Assembly (NCBI RefSeq): GCF_030144855.1
Contig: NC_082731.1
Coordinates: 22,258,001 to 22,322,000 of the forward strand
Reading direction: 5' to 3'
Origin: Hypanus sabinus
Taxonomy: Eukaryota
Length of the DNA stretch: 64,000 nt
Numbering within the stretch: the first letter of the stretch is position 1; every line of letters starts with the position of its first letter. Below are positions 36,403-50,110 of this stretch, piece after piece. A program made the translations under genes and the position numbers. A model generated the notes under the pieces. That model worked only from the letters and a program-made list of their open reading frames with translations. It ran no database searches and was not told the origin of the DNA.

Positions 36403-38249
36403 CTGTCACAGAGCAAATATAATTTCAAAAGTTAGAAGAAATATCAATATTCTACTCTCTTACCGACGAAGCAGACCCTGGTCCCTTTGTACTGTCTGGA
36501 AACGAAGGGTGCGGGTCACAATTTGAGTTTGAATTCTTACGCCTGTATAAATAAGCAGGTGTGGCATAAAAGGCTGAATGAAATTAACTTTTTGAGACAC
36601 CTTCCAATTGCCTTCATTAGCGAGTTCTTGTCTCCATTCCATCTCAGGAAGGACGCGAAGTAAACGCTTTCCCGCTAACGCCTGAAGCCATTCGCCTGAT
36701 GTTTCAATGGAAATACCGATCAACCCTGCTATTCCCACTTGCAGGAAATATGAATCCATATTAATTTCGTACCCTCAAGTCCTTTACTCTCATGATCAAT
36801 AATGCATTACTGGTATTCCATTAAATTATTTTGTTTTGCTCGGTGAGAAAAAAAAATATCTCGCCGATGTTGAAAATGATGAAAAACTTACCGATCAGAA
36901 GTGCTGCTGAAATTATCAACAAATATGGGACGCACATCTTTGTGATCTGTTCAGTGTGGATTAGTACTGAAACTATTTATTCTCAAAAAAATTACATCAC
37001 CGTATGTAAATAATGCGGTCTTGTTTGTAAAGAAGCCATTGGTCTCATCCACTTTGCATAAAGTTATTTGCTTCTCCAAGTCACCCTATCAAAACACGTA
37101 CAATCAACTAGAACTTCTTTGTTGTTTAATACAGCCAATCAACTGAAAGATGGCTGATTGGGCGTGACCGGATATGACTTACTTCCTCAGTTCAAAAAGA
37201 TTCAGCTGCAAGTAAACATCAAGGCCAAATGCTAGCATCAAAAATTACTTCACATGATGTCGTTCGAAAAAATGGAGTAGCTTTTTTTTCTATTTCTAAT
37301 GTCAAAAGCAAGCAGGTTGGTCTCGTATCTTGAAGGAAATCTAGCAGAATATGTTGCACAGACAAACTGCACAGGGCAGGTTCTAGTGCATTCTGCGTCC
37401 GCTTCAAATTGTTTGATATTTTCATATTATAAAAATAAAGGCAAAAATGTCATTAGAGTTTCATAGTTGAAATAATGTACCTCAAAGAACAATAACCTCA
37501 GCGCACCATGACAGGTCTGGCTTGTTTATATCATCCTATTCCAACAACATCTTTTTTTGTTCTGTCTGAGACCGCTTTCCTTTCCCAAGTTAATCGGCAA
37601 ACTACATAAATTACCCCGATTTATATCACTGTCTGTGACTACGAGTTGGAGATATCAATCACGTTCTTTGCAGGTTAAAAAAATCACTCATTTTGCTGTT
37701 CTTCGTCAACTTAGTTCCTCGCAAATTAAAACTACACCCACTTTAGTTTGCGTCAGGGATTTGCAAGCATTGTAAATGTATTTTCTCTGTCATTTACTTT
37801 GTGCATTTTAATTGATATACTTCCCTGTATTCAGTGTACACATCCAATCGTTGCAGACAAGTAGACCCAATCGACATTTTTCATCGAAATCTTCCAATCG
37901 AGACAACAGTGTTGTGAACCCCTGTATGCGGAGACAAGTCAGATCCTAGCACCGGCGCCTACTGCTTGACACAACTGGGTCACAAATGTCAGCAGATTTT
38001 AAAATCAGTAGTTAAATAATGAATTCACTGCGGCTGTAACGTTGCAGATAATTGTCCCGTGAAAACTTACTTGATGTTTTGTAATCCACACATGTGTAAG
38101 GGATTTTTGTTTTTCTTTTATGTTAGTGATAAGGCTGTAAAAGTGGTTTCTCCGTCATATTAACTGCTGAAGACAATGTTTCTCATTTGCAACCTGTTTG
38201 GGTTATAGTAACTGATAAAGACAATAGTATTCATTTGGTAACCGATTGG

Positions 38250-39690
38250 GATAGAGGTTATTCTTTCTTTAATGGGAACGCTATTGTTCTTTCGTGGGCT
38301 TCGGGAGAAGAAGCAATGGGGACAGAGGGAGGAGACGCGATGCTTTAAGCGGTACGACGGAACGGACCCCAATAGGAAGTCCGAGGCACAAGGTTTTCGG
38401 CTAGGATTGTAGACATGCATAGAGTGGAGTGGGGCGTTTGGAGGATCACCGATGGTGGCCCATACATGGGTCGGAGGAGTTCGGTGGACATCGACTGGAA
38501 CAAGGGGGACCCGGGTCTCTAAGAGCTCTATCGAAGTGTGCGCAAAATGGTTAATAATAATGGCGTTTTTTTAAATTACTTTTAACAGTTAAACATTTCT
38601 TATTTTGTTCCGTTACTATCTACATAGACAAAGTAAGAGTTACAAAGTGTAATCATTTATTCGCATATGGTGGACTGTCTGTTATTTAGCGCGGTGGGGT
38701 ACATCACACAGCTTCTTCGCAAACTTGATTACCCAGTTTGGCGGGAACGAAGGTTGCTCCAGTGGACGAAATCGAGGGGAGCGAGCCTCAGGCTTAACAG
38801 GGGGCTACAGATGGCTATTTGAAATAAGTAATTTACACAGTGATCTGATGTTTAATGGTGCCAATATGGTGTTGGCTTTGTATTGTCGGAGATTCGACTT
38901 CTGAACTTTCCATTGAGACTTCGCTACACCATTATAATTAAAGAAAGTGCGAGACACAATCTTAATCAACATTGATTAATGCTCTTAATACTAGTACGTT
39001 TATAAAGCTCGGTAGGAGAACGAGAGGTTTACTGAGAAATTATATAAAATGGAGACCGGAAATCTCACAGTGCTACAAAATATTTTACGCGTTCATAATG
39101 CTAAAGACAGTCAAACGTTCTGTTGAGGCATACATGCTGATTACATCACTTAATACCACGTAGTGATAAGAAACAACAAACAGAGAAACCATTTTAAAAG
39201 CCAGCACGGCATTCGAACATTGCCCCTTAGCATTGCTAAAGGGAGAGAAGAGATTGTGACGTGACATCGAGGAGTTTCGGTAAACGCTTCTGATAAATCG
39301 CAATATTCCCGTGCGCAAAACCTGCATTTCATTGGTAGGTGCAGACCTTCTTCAACTAATGGCGTCAACCTTCGAAATAGGGACACTGTTGCCCTGCGGA
39401 GGTTAGAAAATTAGAGGGCCGTGTGTAACCCTAATGTTCCTACATGTTCCGGACAGCACTGTGTACCGAAGTGCCTGTGTTGAGCTATAATTCTTCTGTG
39501 GATGCATCAGTATACCTCAGTCACACAGTTGATTTGAGCTTCGAGCAGACAAAACTGGACGTAACCGTGCAGGACGGAGAAATAGATTTGAATAAAAAAC
39601 AACAAGCTTCTGGAGAGGTTCTTTGATTAGATTCCCAGGCAAGTTTTATGAAGATTTTCCACTGGGATCCCGTTGCCTATAAAAGAGAGT
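38250..39690 (+). mobile_element. Old Gypsy LTR and gag remnant, unit C copy
   Basis: Homologous to 11340-13200. Lacks the hairpin insert and has an internal deletion of roughly 200 bp. Confidence 0.65.
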
Positions 39691-42600
39691 TACTGCCTAG
39701 CGAACTAGTGTTCGTAGGAGTGGCTCTCGTAGGAATAGTCTAACGCCCCGTAGTAAGGCTTTGGCTTAACAAGGCTTATTTGAGTTCAGGCGGAGTGATT
39801 GTAAGGATATTTCTTAGTTCTTATTCAAATGAATTTCTGCAGATCCGGTATCCGTTCTGGTTGTAAGTTGTGCGATTTCCCGAACTCCAGTCGCTCCAAT
39901 GGCGACATCTGCGCCAGCTGCATTCAAAAGCAGAACTTTTGAGTGTGTAACTGGAGGGATAGATCGATAGGTTCAGCTTGTTAGGGTAGGTGAAACAGAG
40001 ATAGACAGGAGCAACCGGGAATTAGTAATTACTATACTGTAGGAGGTAGCTGAATGTGTGCTCGTAAAGAGAGGGAAGCGGGAACACTTAATAGTGGGAA
40101 GGACACCTGTGCCCGACCTGCTCAACTATAAGTTGTCCGGTCTTCCGGTTTGAGAGCTTTTTGTGCTAACGACCTAACTGGATTGCAACAGAAGCCGTGC
40201 TTCTGGCACCTACGTTTTCACTGTGGCGCTAAAGGGTAACAACTGAAGTGGATAACAGCCGTAACAACGGACTGCATATTCATGGGTATAGATTTGTCAA
40301 TTTATAGACCATATTGTCAATAGAATATCGACAATATACAATAGTTGCATGAATTGGTCATTTGGCTCTTCGAGACATCGCAGCCTTTCACTGTGATCAT
40401 GGCTGATCATCCAAAATCAGGACTCCTTCCCGCATTCTCCCCATATCCCTTCACTTCGCCATCTGAGGCAGACGATTCCACAGATCCAGCACTCTCTGGG
40501 TGAAAAAGCTATTCCTCAAGTCCGCTCTTAATTGCCTTCACTTATTCCTAAATTGTGGCCTCTGCTTCTGGACTCCCGCAACATCGTGAACATTTTCCTG
40601 CCTCTAGCGTGCCGAATCTCTTAATAATAATATGTTTCAATCAGAACCCCTCTCCTCCTTCGAAATTTCCGTTTCAATAAGCCCAGACGCTTCAATCTTT
40701 CAAAATATGTCAGTGCCGCCATCCCGGGAATTAACCTCCTGAAACTACGCTAAACCCCTCAATAGCAAGAATGTCCATCCTAAAATTTGGAGACAGATTT
40801 GCACACTGTACTCCATGTGTGGTTTCAACAGGGCCCTGCACAACTCTAGAAGGACCTTTATGCTCCTAGACTCAACTCCCCTTGTTATGGAAGCCAACAC
40901 GTCAGTAGCTTTTTTCACTGCCTGCTGTACCTGTATGCTTACCTTCTGTGACTGATGAACAATGACACCTGGATCTCGATGTACGATCCTTTTTTTTCCC
41001 TAACTTTACATAATTCAGATAGTAATCTGCCTTAATGTTTTTGCCAACAAAGTGGATAAGCTCATATTTATCCAGATTAAACTGCATCTGTCATGCATCT
41101 GCCCACGCACTCATACGGGCCAATACTCCCAGCATTCTTATAAAATACTCCTCACATTTCAATCTGCCACCCTTCTTTATGTCAACGGCACATTTGATAC
41201 TGTTAATTTTAATCCCTTCATCTAAATCGTTAGTATATATTGTAGATAGCTGCAGACCCAGCACCGAGCATTGCGGTACGGCACCAGACACTGCCTGAAA
41301 TTCTAAAAGGGACCCGTTAATCCCTTCTTTTTTTTTTCCTGTCTACCAACCAATTTTCAATCCATGTCAGTCCTCTAACCCTACTACCATGTGCTAATCT
41401 TCGAAGTGCAACCATCTCCAAAGCTATCAGAAATGCCAGGTACAGAATATCCACTGGATTTCCCTTTTATATTTTCCTAGTTACATTCTCAGTAAATTCC
41501 ATAACATTAGTCATCGATGATTCCCCTTCGTAAATCCATGCTGACTCAGACTGATCCTGTTACTGCTATCCGCATGTGCCGGTATTTCATATTTTATCAT
41601 TGACTCCAGCATCTTCCCAATTCCTGGTGCCAGGCTAACTGGTGTATAATTCCCTGTTTTATTTCACCCTCCTTGCTTAATAAAAGAGGAAAAACCGTAG
41701 CTACCCTCCAAGACACAGTGAAAGGAATTTATGGACGCAACATGAAAACGTTGACAGTAGATTGTTTGAAGGGTGCTGGGATCTTTGAGGAATCTAGAGG
41801 CGTCCAGAATTTACTGAAAAAGGGGTCTGGGCAGCATGAGGTTCGGATAAAATCTGGTACTAGCAACACAGGAAAAGAACAGGAGGATGGCCTGAAAAAA
41901 AGAGAAATTCGGAGCTAGGAATTAAGCTGAGTAGCTGGACCTCAAGGGCAGTGTTTTTGGAATTGCATGTCTGCAGAGGCGGATTCCGTTGTGATTATCA
42001 GGTGTGGGATTTTGAGGAGACGTCCAGTCGCTTTAATGGCTACATCTGCGGCAGGTGGTTTGAAATGAAGAATTTTAATAACCGTGCAACTGGAGGTGTA
42101 GCTCGATAGCCTTCAGCTTGTTAGGGAAATTAAAACATAGATAGACAGGAGCAACGGGAAGGTAGTAAGTCCAATTCTACAGGAGATAGATAAATGTGTG
42201 CTCGTAAGGAGCGGGAAGCCGGAACATCTAAGCATACCTGTGGCCGCCCTGCACAACAAAAGTTAGTCCGTTTTGAGAAGTGTTTGGGGGAAACGATCTA
42301 ACGAAAAAAGCAACCGAAGCTCTGCCTCTGGCACCTACCTTGCCCCCGTGGCGCTGAAGGGTAAGCAAATGACGTGCATAGCAGCCTAAACAACAGACTG
42401 TATAGTCATGGGTATAGAATTCTGAATATATGGATTTATGGACGTAACATGAAAGTGTAAATCGTAGATGGCCGAAAAGGTGCTAGGATCTTAGATGAGT
42501 CCAGGAACGTCCACAAAGTACTGAAAAATGAGTCTAAGCAGCCAAAGGGTGGGGTGCAAATTTGTACAAGCAAATTAGGGAAAATAAAATCTGGTGGATG

Positions 42601-43370
42601 GCCTGAAAATAAAAGTGTTCAGAGGCAGGATTTAAGCTGAGTGTCTGGACCTCAAATGTAGTATTCTTTGGATTGTTGTCTGTGACAGGCGATAGTGAGG
42701 AAAAAGAAAAAAAAAAATAAGGTGTGCAGTTTGACTAATTTCTGGAAAAAAAGTAAGAAGTAGGAGGCAAGAAATCCGCTGTCTAGATAATTCAGGCAAT
42801 TCGGTTGCAGGTAGGTCTCATATAAAAGGGGTGGATTGCTCTTGAATACGAGGGTGTAATACCCTGCGGACAACATTTTGACAGAGTTTTAAAATAATAT
42901 ACCGAGGGACAGGAAACAGGCAAATAGAACTGAGGATGAGCCACGGAATTACAAGTAGATAATAGGTGCAATCTGAATGTAAGAATAGTCAAACCAAAGA
43001 ACAGATAGAAATGCAGGCAGAGCAAAAAGTTGCATCGTACCATAGAGATAACAATCAAAAAGGCGAAAAGTAAAGGACTGAATGTATTATATTTCAATTT
43101 GCGCAGTCTGAACATGGTAACGAAATTGTAGCACAGTTAAAGTTTGATGAGTTTAATAATGTGGGCTCACTGAGTCGTGACTGAAAGAATGCTATATTTA
43201 GGAGCTTAACATCAAAGTAAATGCTCTTTATCGAAAGATCAGAAAGGACGACACAGTCCGTGGTGTCATTCTGTTTGTAGGAGTCGTTATTATATCTTAA
43301 TAAAGGTTCGGAGAATGTTGAATCCTTGTGGAGGGAATGGAGAAAGTGCAAGGACTCAGAAAAAAATGGC
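39690..43370. mobile_element. CR1 cluster of unit C: sense ORF1 pieces, antisense RT fragment (about 40310-41690), then sense ORF2 endonuclease start
   Basis: Same junction (CCTATAAAAGAGAGTTAC) as 13200. ORFs 41091-41291 and 40902-41087 are RT-like; GLNVLYFN..VG.TES APE-like start near 43075. Confidence 0.8.
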
Positions 43371-43399
43371 TTTACTTCCTTTAACAGCCTTGACAGAAC

Positions 43400-44500
43400 A
43401 CAAATGCCACGTTGATCATGTCATCTTATTTTATTGATTGTAAAGAACAAGGAGGAGATGTTATCTGAAATACATATTTCAGTAATAGTACAAACAAAGA
43501 AAGGAATATACAAGGTCAAAATCATATATATTACCAAGCTAATAAAAAGAAAAAAAATACAAATCTCTTCCGAACAATTAACAAAACAAATAAAAAAGAC
43601 TCAAATATTTCTGTTACTGAGAGAAAACAAAACAACCAAACTAACCTAGAACCTAAAAAAAAGGCACTGGGCAGACCATTTTGTGGATAGTATTTAAAAG
43701 AAAGGAACAACCCTTCTGGTCAAATCCAGAATTTCGAGGAGAAGAAAAAATATTAACCGAAAATGTAAATAGAATTAGACCATATGAAAATATTGAATAA
43801 AAGGGCGCCAAGTTTGCTCAAATTCAGAAGCTGCATCAAACGCCCGGCTCGTAATTTTCTCCAAAGATAAAGACGACATAATGGAGGAAAGCCGAAAAAA
43901 AACGTAGGTGGATTGGAATTCTTCCAATACAATATTTGATGTATCATTGCTCAGCTCATTTCCCAGTAATAAAATCTAAAGTTTTGTAAATCAAAGCTAT
44001 CGTTTTTCTATGTTTGCAATGAAGTTTGCACTCTGGAGCACTGATTATTCCAGATATCTGACAGGATCATAGATTCTATTCTATAAAACAACGTTTTCGG
44101 AAAAAAAGGATGGAACAGCTTGAGACGTGTATAAACAATTCGTTAAAATTGTCAATTTTAGAGCATTTATTCGATCAATTAACGATAACATCATAGGCTA
44201 CCATATGGAAAGCGTTTGTTGGGTATATTTAATTAAAGGAAGACAATTATATTTATATAGATCTTTATTTTTGTAAGTAATTTTAAAACCAAGATAGGTA
44301 GAAAGAACAATATTAAAAAGTATTTGATCATAATGACCAGAATAACTATTAATAGGAAACAATTCACTTCAATTTAATTTTAACTTTATCCCGAGAAAGT
44401 ACTAAATTCTGTAAATATGGATAACATATAGATTTCTTAGGGTCTGCAATTTAAACTAATAAATCAACTGCGTACAACGAAACCTGATGTACTTGGTCCA
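43400..44500 (-). mobile_element. L1-type LINE ORF2 fragment and 3' end
   Basis: Minus strand shows broken LI.RINALKLTIL..QAVPS..IWNNQ..RV..FRFYYW, matching the post-RT region seen in the 58470-62360 element. Confidence 0.65.
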
Positions 44501-45039
44501 CTCTCTTCATACCCTGAACATAGTTGGAATCCCTAAGAGCGATCGAAAGTGGTTCGAAAATAAAATTAAATAATGAAGGACTCCATTGTTCTGCGGAACA
44601 ATTTCTGAGTATGGGAGAAATTAGGCAGCAGAACTGGAAATGCAGCTCATGGCTGACCTTAACGAAAATGCATCTAAGTATGTGTTTTATTTCTGCGTTA
44701 AAGGCTCAATTCGAAGAAGTTGCGACTTTCAATACACAGATCCGCTATTTCACAAAAGCCTATCCCTTAAGAATACTTACAAGCTACTTACCTGATTATA
44801 GAAAAAAAGAGAATTCTCAACTTATTCCAGATAATTTTGTCAAACTATCTGCAGTGGACGTTCTCTGTGTAGACTGGAGCAGAGAAATAAGAATGGGGGA
44901 AAAAAAAAGTGCCCGAGCAAATAATGCGATTGTTCAATGAATAGCTGAGTTGTCTCCAACACATCCCATGCATGTCATTCAGAAATTGAAAGCATTGCAA
45001 TCCCTTTCCTTGTACAATTGGATGCAACTGCGGCAATTT

Positions 45040-45750
45040 CTCAGATGACAAACAAGAATAAAAAGTGCAGATGCTGAAATTGTGAGGAACAAATGTGGAA
45101 TGCTGGAGGACTAAGCAGGCAAGGCAGCATTAAAAAAATGTACAGACAAAGTTTCAATAGGGAAAAAAAAAAGAATCGGCAGGAGAGATGAACAAATAAT
45201 AGAAAACTGAGGAAAATATTTCAACGAAGGGGACAAAGAGAAGCACCAGATGGCAGGTGAAACTTGGATGGGGAGGGATGAAGTAAAGAGATGAGAAGTT
45301 AATTGGTAAAGACGCAGAGGAATAATTGACTGTAATGGTGTATGGAATCACTAGAGGGAGTTCAAGGGCAGTAAGGAGGTAAGCTGAGAGACGGAGAAAG
45401 GGATGGGATTGCTGTAGGGACATTACCAGAAACTTGAGACATCGATGCTTATGTCATCAGATTGAGGTTACCGAAACAGAACATAAAATGATGATCCTCC
45501 AAATATAGATGTAGTCTCATGCCCGCACAGGACGACGCCAGGGATGGTCATCGAAAGGGAATTCCCGTTAGGATTCACTTATCAATTGCATTATTGTCTC
45601 CCGTTCCCCAGCTTTTAAAGATACTACTCAGCATGTTTTTTTTTTCTGCCTGAAGCTTTCGGCCGGTAACGTCCACATTGACTTTTCCCATAGATGCTGT
45701 CTATCCTGCTGAATCCCTCCAACATTTTTGTGTGCTACTCAGTGTCGTCA
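45040..45750. mobile_element. Penelope-derived element with the same inverted arms as 12128-12340 around a longer internal part
   Basis: Left arm TGCAGATGCTG..ATGCTGGAGGA..GGCAGCAT; right arm ATAGATGCTG..CCTGCTGA..CCTCCAACATTTTTGTGTG; degenerate CCTGAAG..CGGCCGGTAACGTC core. Confidence 0.6.
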
Positions 45751-48641
45751 GCTCCTTTATAACGTTGTGCACATGATGATGCAATGGAGAATTGTTGTTT
45801 TGTGAGTGCACACCGGAACCTACAAAGGACGTCAAAGTTTTGGAAATGAATTTATTTAGACAAACAAGAAAAACTGGAATAAAATTTAAAACAAATAAAA
45901 AATCTTTGCACAGATGGAAATCCTACGATATTTGTTAATAAATCTTTTTTTGTCCTTAAATATCCGGAACTCTTTCTTTACCCAGGGAACGGATGACAGG
46001 AACATCTTTCCCAACAACACTGAAAGAATACTTGAAAATAAAACAATTAAGGTTATCGAAATGTTTCGAAGCATGTGTTTTAATAGCCGTAATTTAAACT
46101 TCTTTCTCAGGAAACGGATCCATAACATGCAATGTTTCTCTAGCACACGGTGGGTTCCTTGCTTGCAAGTTCACAAGTTTATACGCCTTGATAGAAATAT
46201 GCACAGAATATACATTTCATTTTCTGCAAGAAAAACAAACCTTCTTAAAAAATGAAATAACAAGTTGTAAGAATGGCAGGTCTCGAACAAAGACCTTTAA
46301 GTCACCATAATGAATGGCGCTGAAAAACAATTCCAAACATTTTTGGCTATGCTGCCAATATGGAAGAGGTGAGTAAAGGTGCATTCTTTTAATTTCTGCA
46401 GGAGTGCTATAAAAACATTGAGTTGAGAAACAAAATTCTTTTTCAATTTATTTGAAGAGAGACACCTCAAAGCACTTTGGAACAATGCTCTGTAGTTATT
46501 TCCCACTTGGTACTTTAAGGTTCAACATGGCTCTGCACGCCTTTGTTTTATTTTACAAACTGTGGCGAAATTGTTGACTATGCAAATATAAACTGATTAG
46601 GACAATAACATTTACGGTTATTTGGATTTTTTTCTCAGAATACCATATACAATCGTATTACCCCTTAAGGAATTCGATCATGGCCATGCAAAGCCAATAA
46701 TATAGTTTTATGTTATTCAGAAATAAAATCTTCTTAATCTCGTCTGTATTTTAATTGTGCATTCCATTTCGTAAATGCGTTAATAATGCAACACATGTAT
46801 TACGATATCTCACATTGTTTAATATATGAATAATATTTTTCAAACTATATTTTTGTCAGGCTGTGCATTGCATTTTATATATTTGAATACCTTAGTCTAA
46901 GAATGTGCTCATCGGTTTTGTCAAAGTTTCAAAGGGGTCCATACCATAGAAAATCAGTATCAACCCCGTCATTTGTAGAAGCAGAACCAGAGCAATAAAT
47001 TTCATCGATCGTGTTTTCGTTCAGTTAACCGGGACACAATTCTCACAACAGCAAGTGCTGCTGAGCTCCGAAACTAAAAATAAACGGAGGTGGTGGCGCT
47101 GAGTAGGAAGCGCTGATAATTATTTTCATGACCACCCGCGATATCCTGATAATTCCGACAGATGAGAAGAGTGAACCTCAGTCACTAAAACGGAGTTAAT
47201 ACATTTGCTAATTCGGAAAAGTGCACATTGCTGAAGCCGAAGGGGAAAAACGTAACGATTAACGATGATAGCAGTATATATTAAAGTTGACGACAAGAAA
47301 TATCTGTCCATTGACGCGTACCCAGAGAAGCCCTAAGAATTGAAAAGATCTTCTGTTTCATAATATTTCATCGATCTCCCCATGACAAATAATGGAAAAC
47401 CACTATATGCATATTGAGCTTTGTGTCGGTTAATCTCTATGCTAGAAGACCAATTTCGATGATGGTTTCAAACTGCAGTGTTTTTATTTTCTTTCATACC
47501 CTTGGACAATTGCAAACCTGAATAAGAGACGAATGGAATTTACAAATCAGAGGTTCTGTATTGTTGAATATGTTTCAATCACAAGCAGTGTGGTGGCATT
47601 CTATGTCAAATGTGAACGGCATAACTATTCCTGTTGGCAGCTAGTCACTCATAGTCTGGTCCTATAAAAGGGAAAGGAAACTTTCAATGTTCAATGTTAA
47701 ATGCATTCGCAGTATAAACTACGGGATGTGAAATAATTGATTTGATATAACTGCCCCATGAACAAAATTCAACATGTTTTAATAAATCTGTACGGTTGAG
47801 AGATTTCCCAATGGTGGCATCACCGTCCGCTAAAGAGGAACACATACAAAGTACTGGAAAACTCATTGCGATTTTGGAAACTCGACTTGCTTCGTCTTGG
47901 ATGCTCCCAATGATCGAACACATTTCAATAACTGTCTGAAAGGGTGTCTTTTGTTTTCTTCGTTTTATTATTATTTTTAAATCACTATTACCTTTTCATT
48001 ACTTAGTTCATTTTGCTTACACATCTTTAACCCTCACTGGATCGAATAGGTTTAAATTGGTTAAAACGCCAACAAAATGCTTTGTTCTCATAAATGAGGA
48101 TCTGTCTGTAGATCTCAGAATTAATAATAAATTATAATCCTAACGGTGGTTTAGCGTAGAACTCTGCAAATTAACAGCGCTGTCTGTAGAGCACAGACAG
48201 CTGACCTCATAGGACTGGAATATTGGGCAAGAGATGCCGTGAAAATCAATGGTGTTCATTTAATTGGACATGTATCAAAACGAAAAAAAAAAGTTTCTTT
48301 TTTTTAAAGGAAGCTTCCAACAAAAATATAATATTTTATCTTCAAAGACAATAGATACATATTGCAGCTTCCATTTCCGATGGCTGCACATTTTTGATTT
48401 TAATTCGGCAGGCAGGGTTAAATCGGAGAAGATTGAAAATAGGAGGACATTTTTGGCAAATTAGCCGATTGATCATATAATACGAAATACAAAATACAAT
48501 TAGACTTATATGATTTAAAAAGCAATGAAAACTTTCATTCGTTACATGCATTCTTTCTGTTTCATATAGCTCAAGCCAGTGAGAGAATCGGTGTATGTAC
48601 ATAGACCACCATACAAACAAAAAAAACTCTATCAATCTCTG

Positions 48642-48660
48642 GCGCGCGCGCGCGCGCAAG

Positions 48661-48744
<84 letters not shown>
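48642..48744. repeat. (GC)n plus long (CA)n alternating purine-pyrimidine microsatellite
   Basis: Direct reading. Confidence 0.97.
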
Positions 48745-48745
<1 letters not shown>

Positions 48746-48809
48746 AAAACCCTGCCTTTGCATCCACTGATTGCCAGACAATTGACAAATAAAGTTTGGT
48801 CTGCCTTCT

Positions 48810-49290
48810 GCCATTCCGTTCACTCGTGCAGTATTCCTGTGTTAACTAGGTCATTCGACCGCTTATAATTGTGGTTATTAAGTGCTGTTCCCACGCTGAT
48901 TGTCTGTGTTAACTCTGTCTCTGGTCTGCTTAGAATTTTGTACTCTGAGTTCTGCTTCCACTGTGTTTCGGTGTTAATTCTGTCTATCTGTGTTTACAGG
49001 AGCAGGAATGCCGTCTGTCGCTCTCTGCCAGCCTCGATCATCCCCTTGTCCGCATCCCTGCTGTGCCCTGTCTCACTGTCCGCCTACACTCTCGGCTGGC
49101 TCATTGCTGCAAAGCTGCGTTCTCTCCGTTGTGACACGGGTTCGATTCCCGCTCCAGCCTTTCTTACTCCTCGGCTTTTCTCTGCCTCATCCTTGCTCCC
49201 TGTCCTTCCCTAGAACTATTAATAAACCCATTTGATTACACCACCTCCGTGCCAGTGTCCTGCAATTGTGTTCGCATCAGTCCGTGCAAT
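48810..49290 (+). mobile_element. Probable Gypsy-type LTR (solo, or detached 5' LTR of the 52090-55760 relic)
   Basis: Pyrimidine/GC-rich block with AATAAA near 49222 followed by CCACCTCCGTGCCAGTGTCCTGCA, typical of fish Gypsy LTR ends. No partner LTR found. Confidence 0.45.
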
Positions 49291-49829
49291 GAAGCCCCGA
49301 GATCATCTGAGGATCTGTTTCACTGGTTATTAGTAATGAACTTCGTTGTTCAGTTTTTTTTTTCTCTTTTCCTTATGAAATCTCTAGGTATGATTTAGAA
49401 ATGCATCCCTTTAATCGTATCAAGTGTTCTGTCTGTTAATTTTTGGCACTAATTTGCAAAAGGTTAACAGATTTCACAACGTCCACACAATCCTGGGTTT
49501 GCTGTAGAAGAGCCGTCACAATTTCTTATGTTAGTGAGACGGGTCTACGTCCTGCTTAGACTTACGTAGCGAAGGGCATGAGATGGTTTTCAAAGCATTG
49601 ACGTAGTTTCGTAAAAGCGGCAACGGAAGGTAGAGGTGAATGAGTGGCCATCATGAATCTGTGTGGTGAGTCGATAAATGCGAGATTATGATCTTACATT
49701 ATAAAGTATTGTTCCGAACCCTGTTGGAGGTCAGCATACAGTTCTGCTAATTTAAATACCGGGAAATGTGGGAGAGGAGACTCAGCAAATGCTGAATGAG
49801 AAGAAGCAGCATGAGCAGAGACTGTGGAC

Positions 49830-50110
49830 TCCAGGTTTTTTTTTCCCAATGAGCGGTGGTGCGTAAGAAATGATGTCATTGAATTACATAAAATGAGGGA
49901 GGTAGACAAAGCGAGATTCATTTGTTTTAGGTTAACTGTGAAGATATTCTAATAGAAGATGACGGTGGATATTCCATAGTGAGTGGGGTGTTTCAGAAAT
50001 AATTTGGTTATAAGATCAATTGCCAATGGCTTTTTGACAGAATGTACGAAGTGTATAAATGAAGAGAAGACTCTGGAGACAGACGGACATATTGGAAGTG
50101 TTGTGTGATC
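49830..50110 (+). mobile_element. CR1 3'-end fragment
   Basis: Resembles 5000-5340 (IELHKM..VDK..F, later VSGV). Confidence 0.45.

Noticed and set aside
45780-46970. Possible hAT-type DNA transposon relic (terminus-like AAAGGGGTCC..AACCCCG near 46935-46970)
   Set aside because: No matching left terminus, TSD or convincing transposase motif was found.
46690-47320. Leader-like MDRYFLSSTLIYTAII, a C-x15-WY motif and a YYCAL-like word on the minus strand
   Set aside because: Spacing between motifs is wrong by tens of codons, there is no GT donor or RSS, and the region is AT-rich and prone to chance matches.
47560-47870. GCGGACGGTGATGCC similar to the V1 start, an AV(Y)(F)C-like word and CACACTG
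   Set aside because: Too short for a V exon, no WY motif in register, and a poor nonamer.
48342-48792. ORFs with VCVC/HTHT repeats
   Set aside because: Artefacts of the (CA)n microsatellite.
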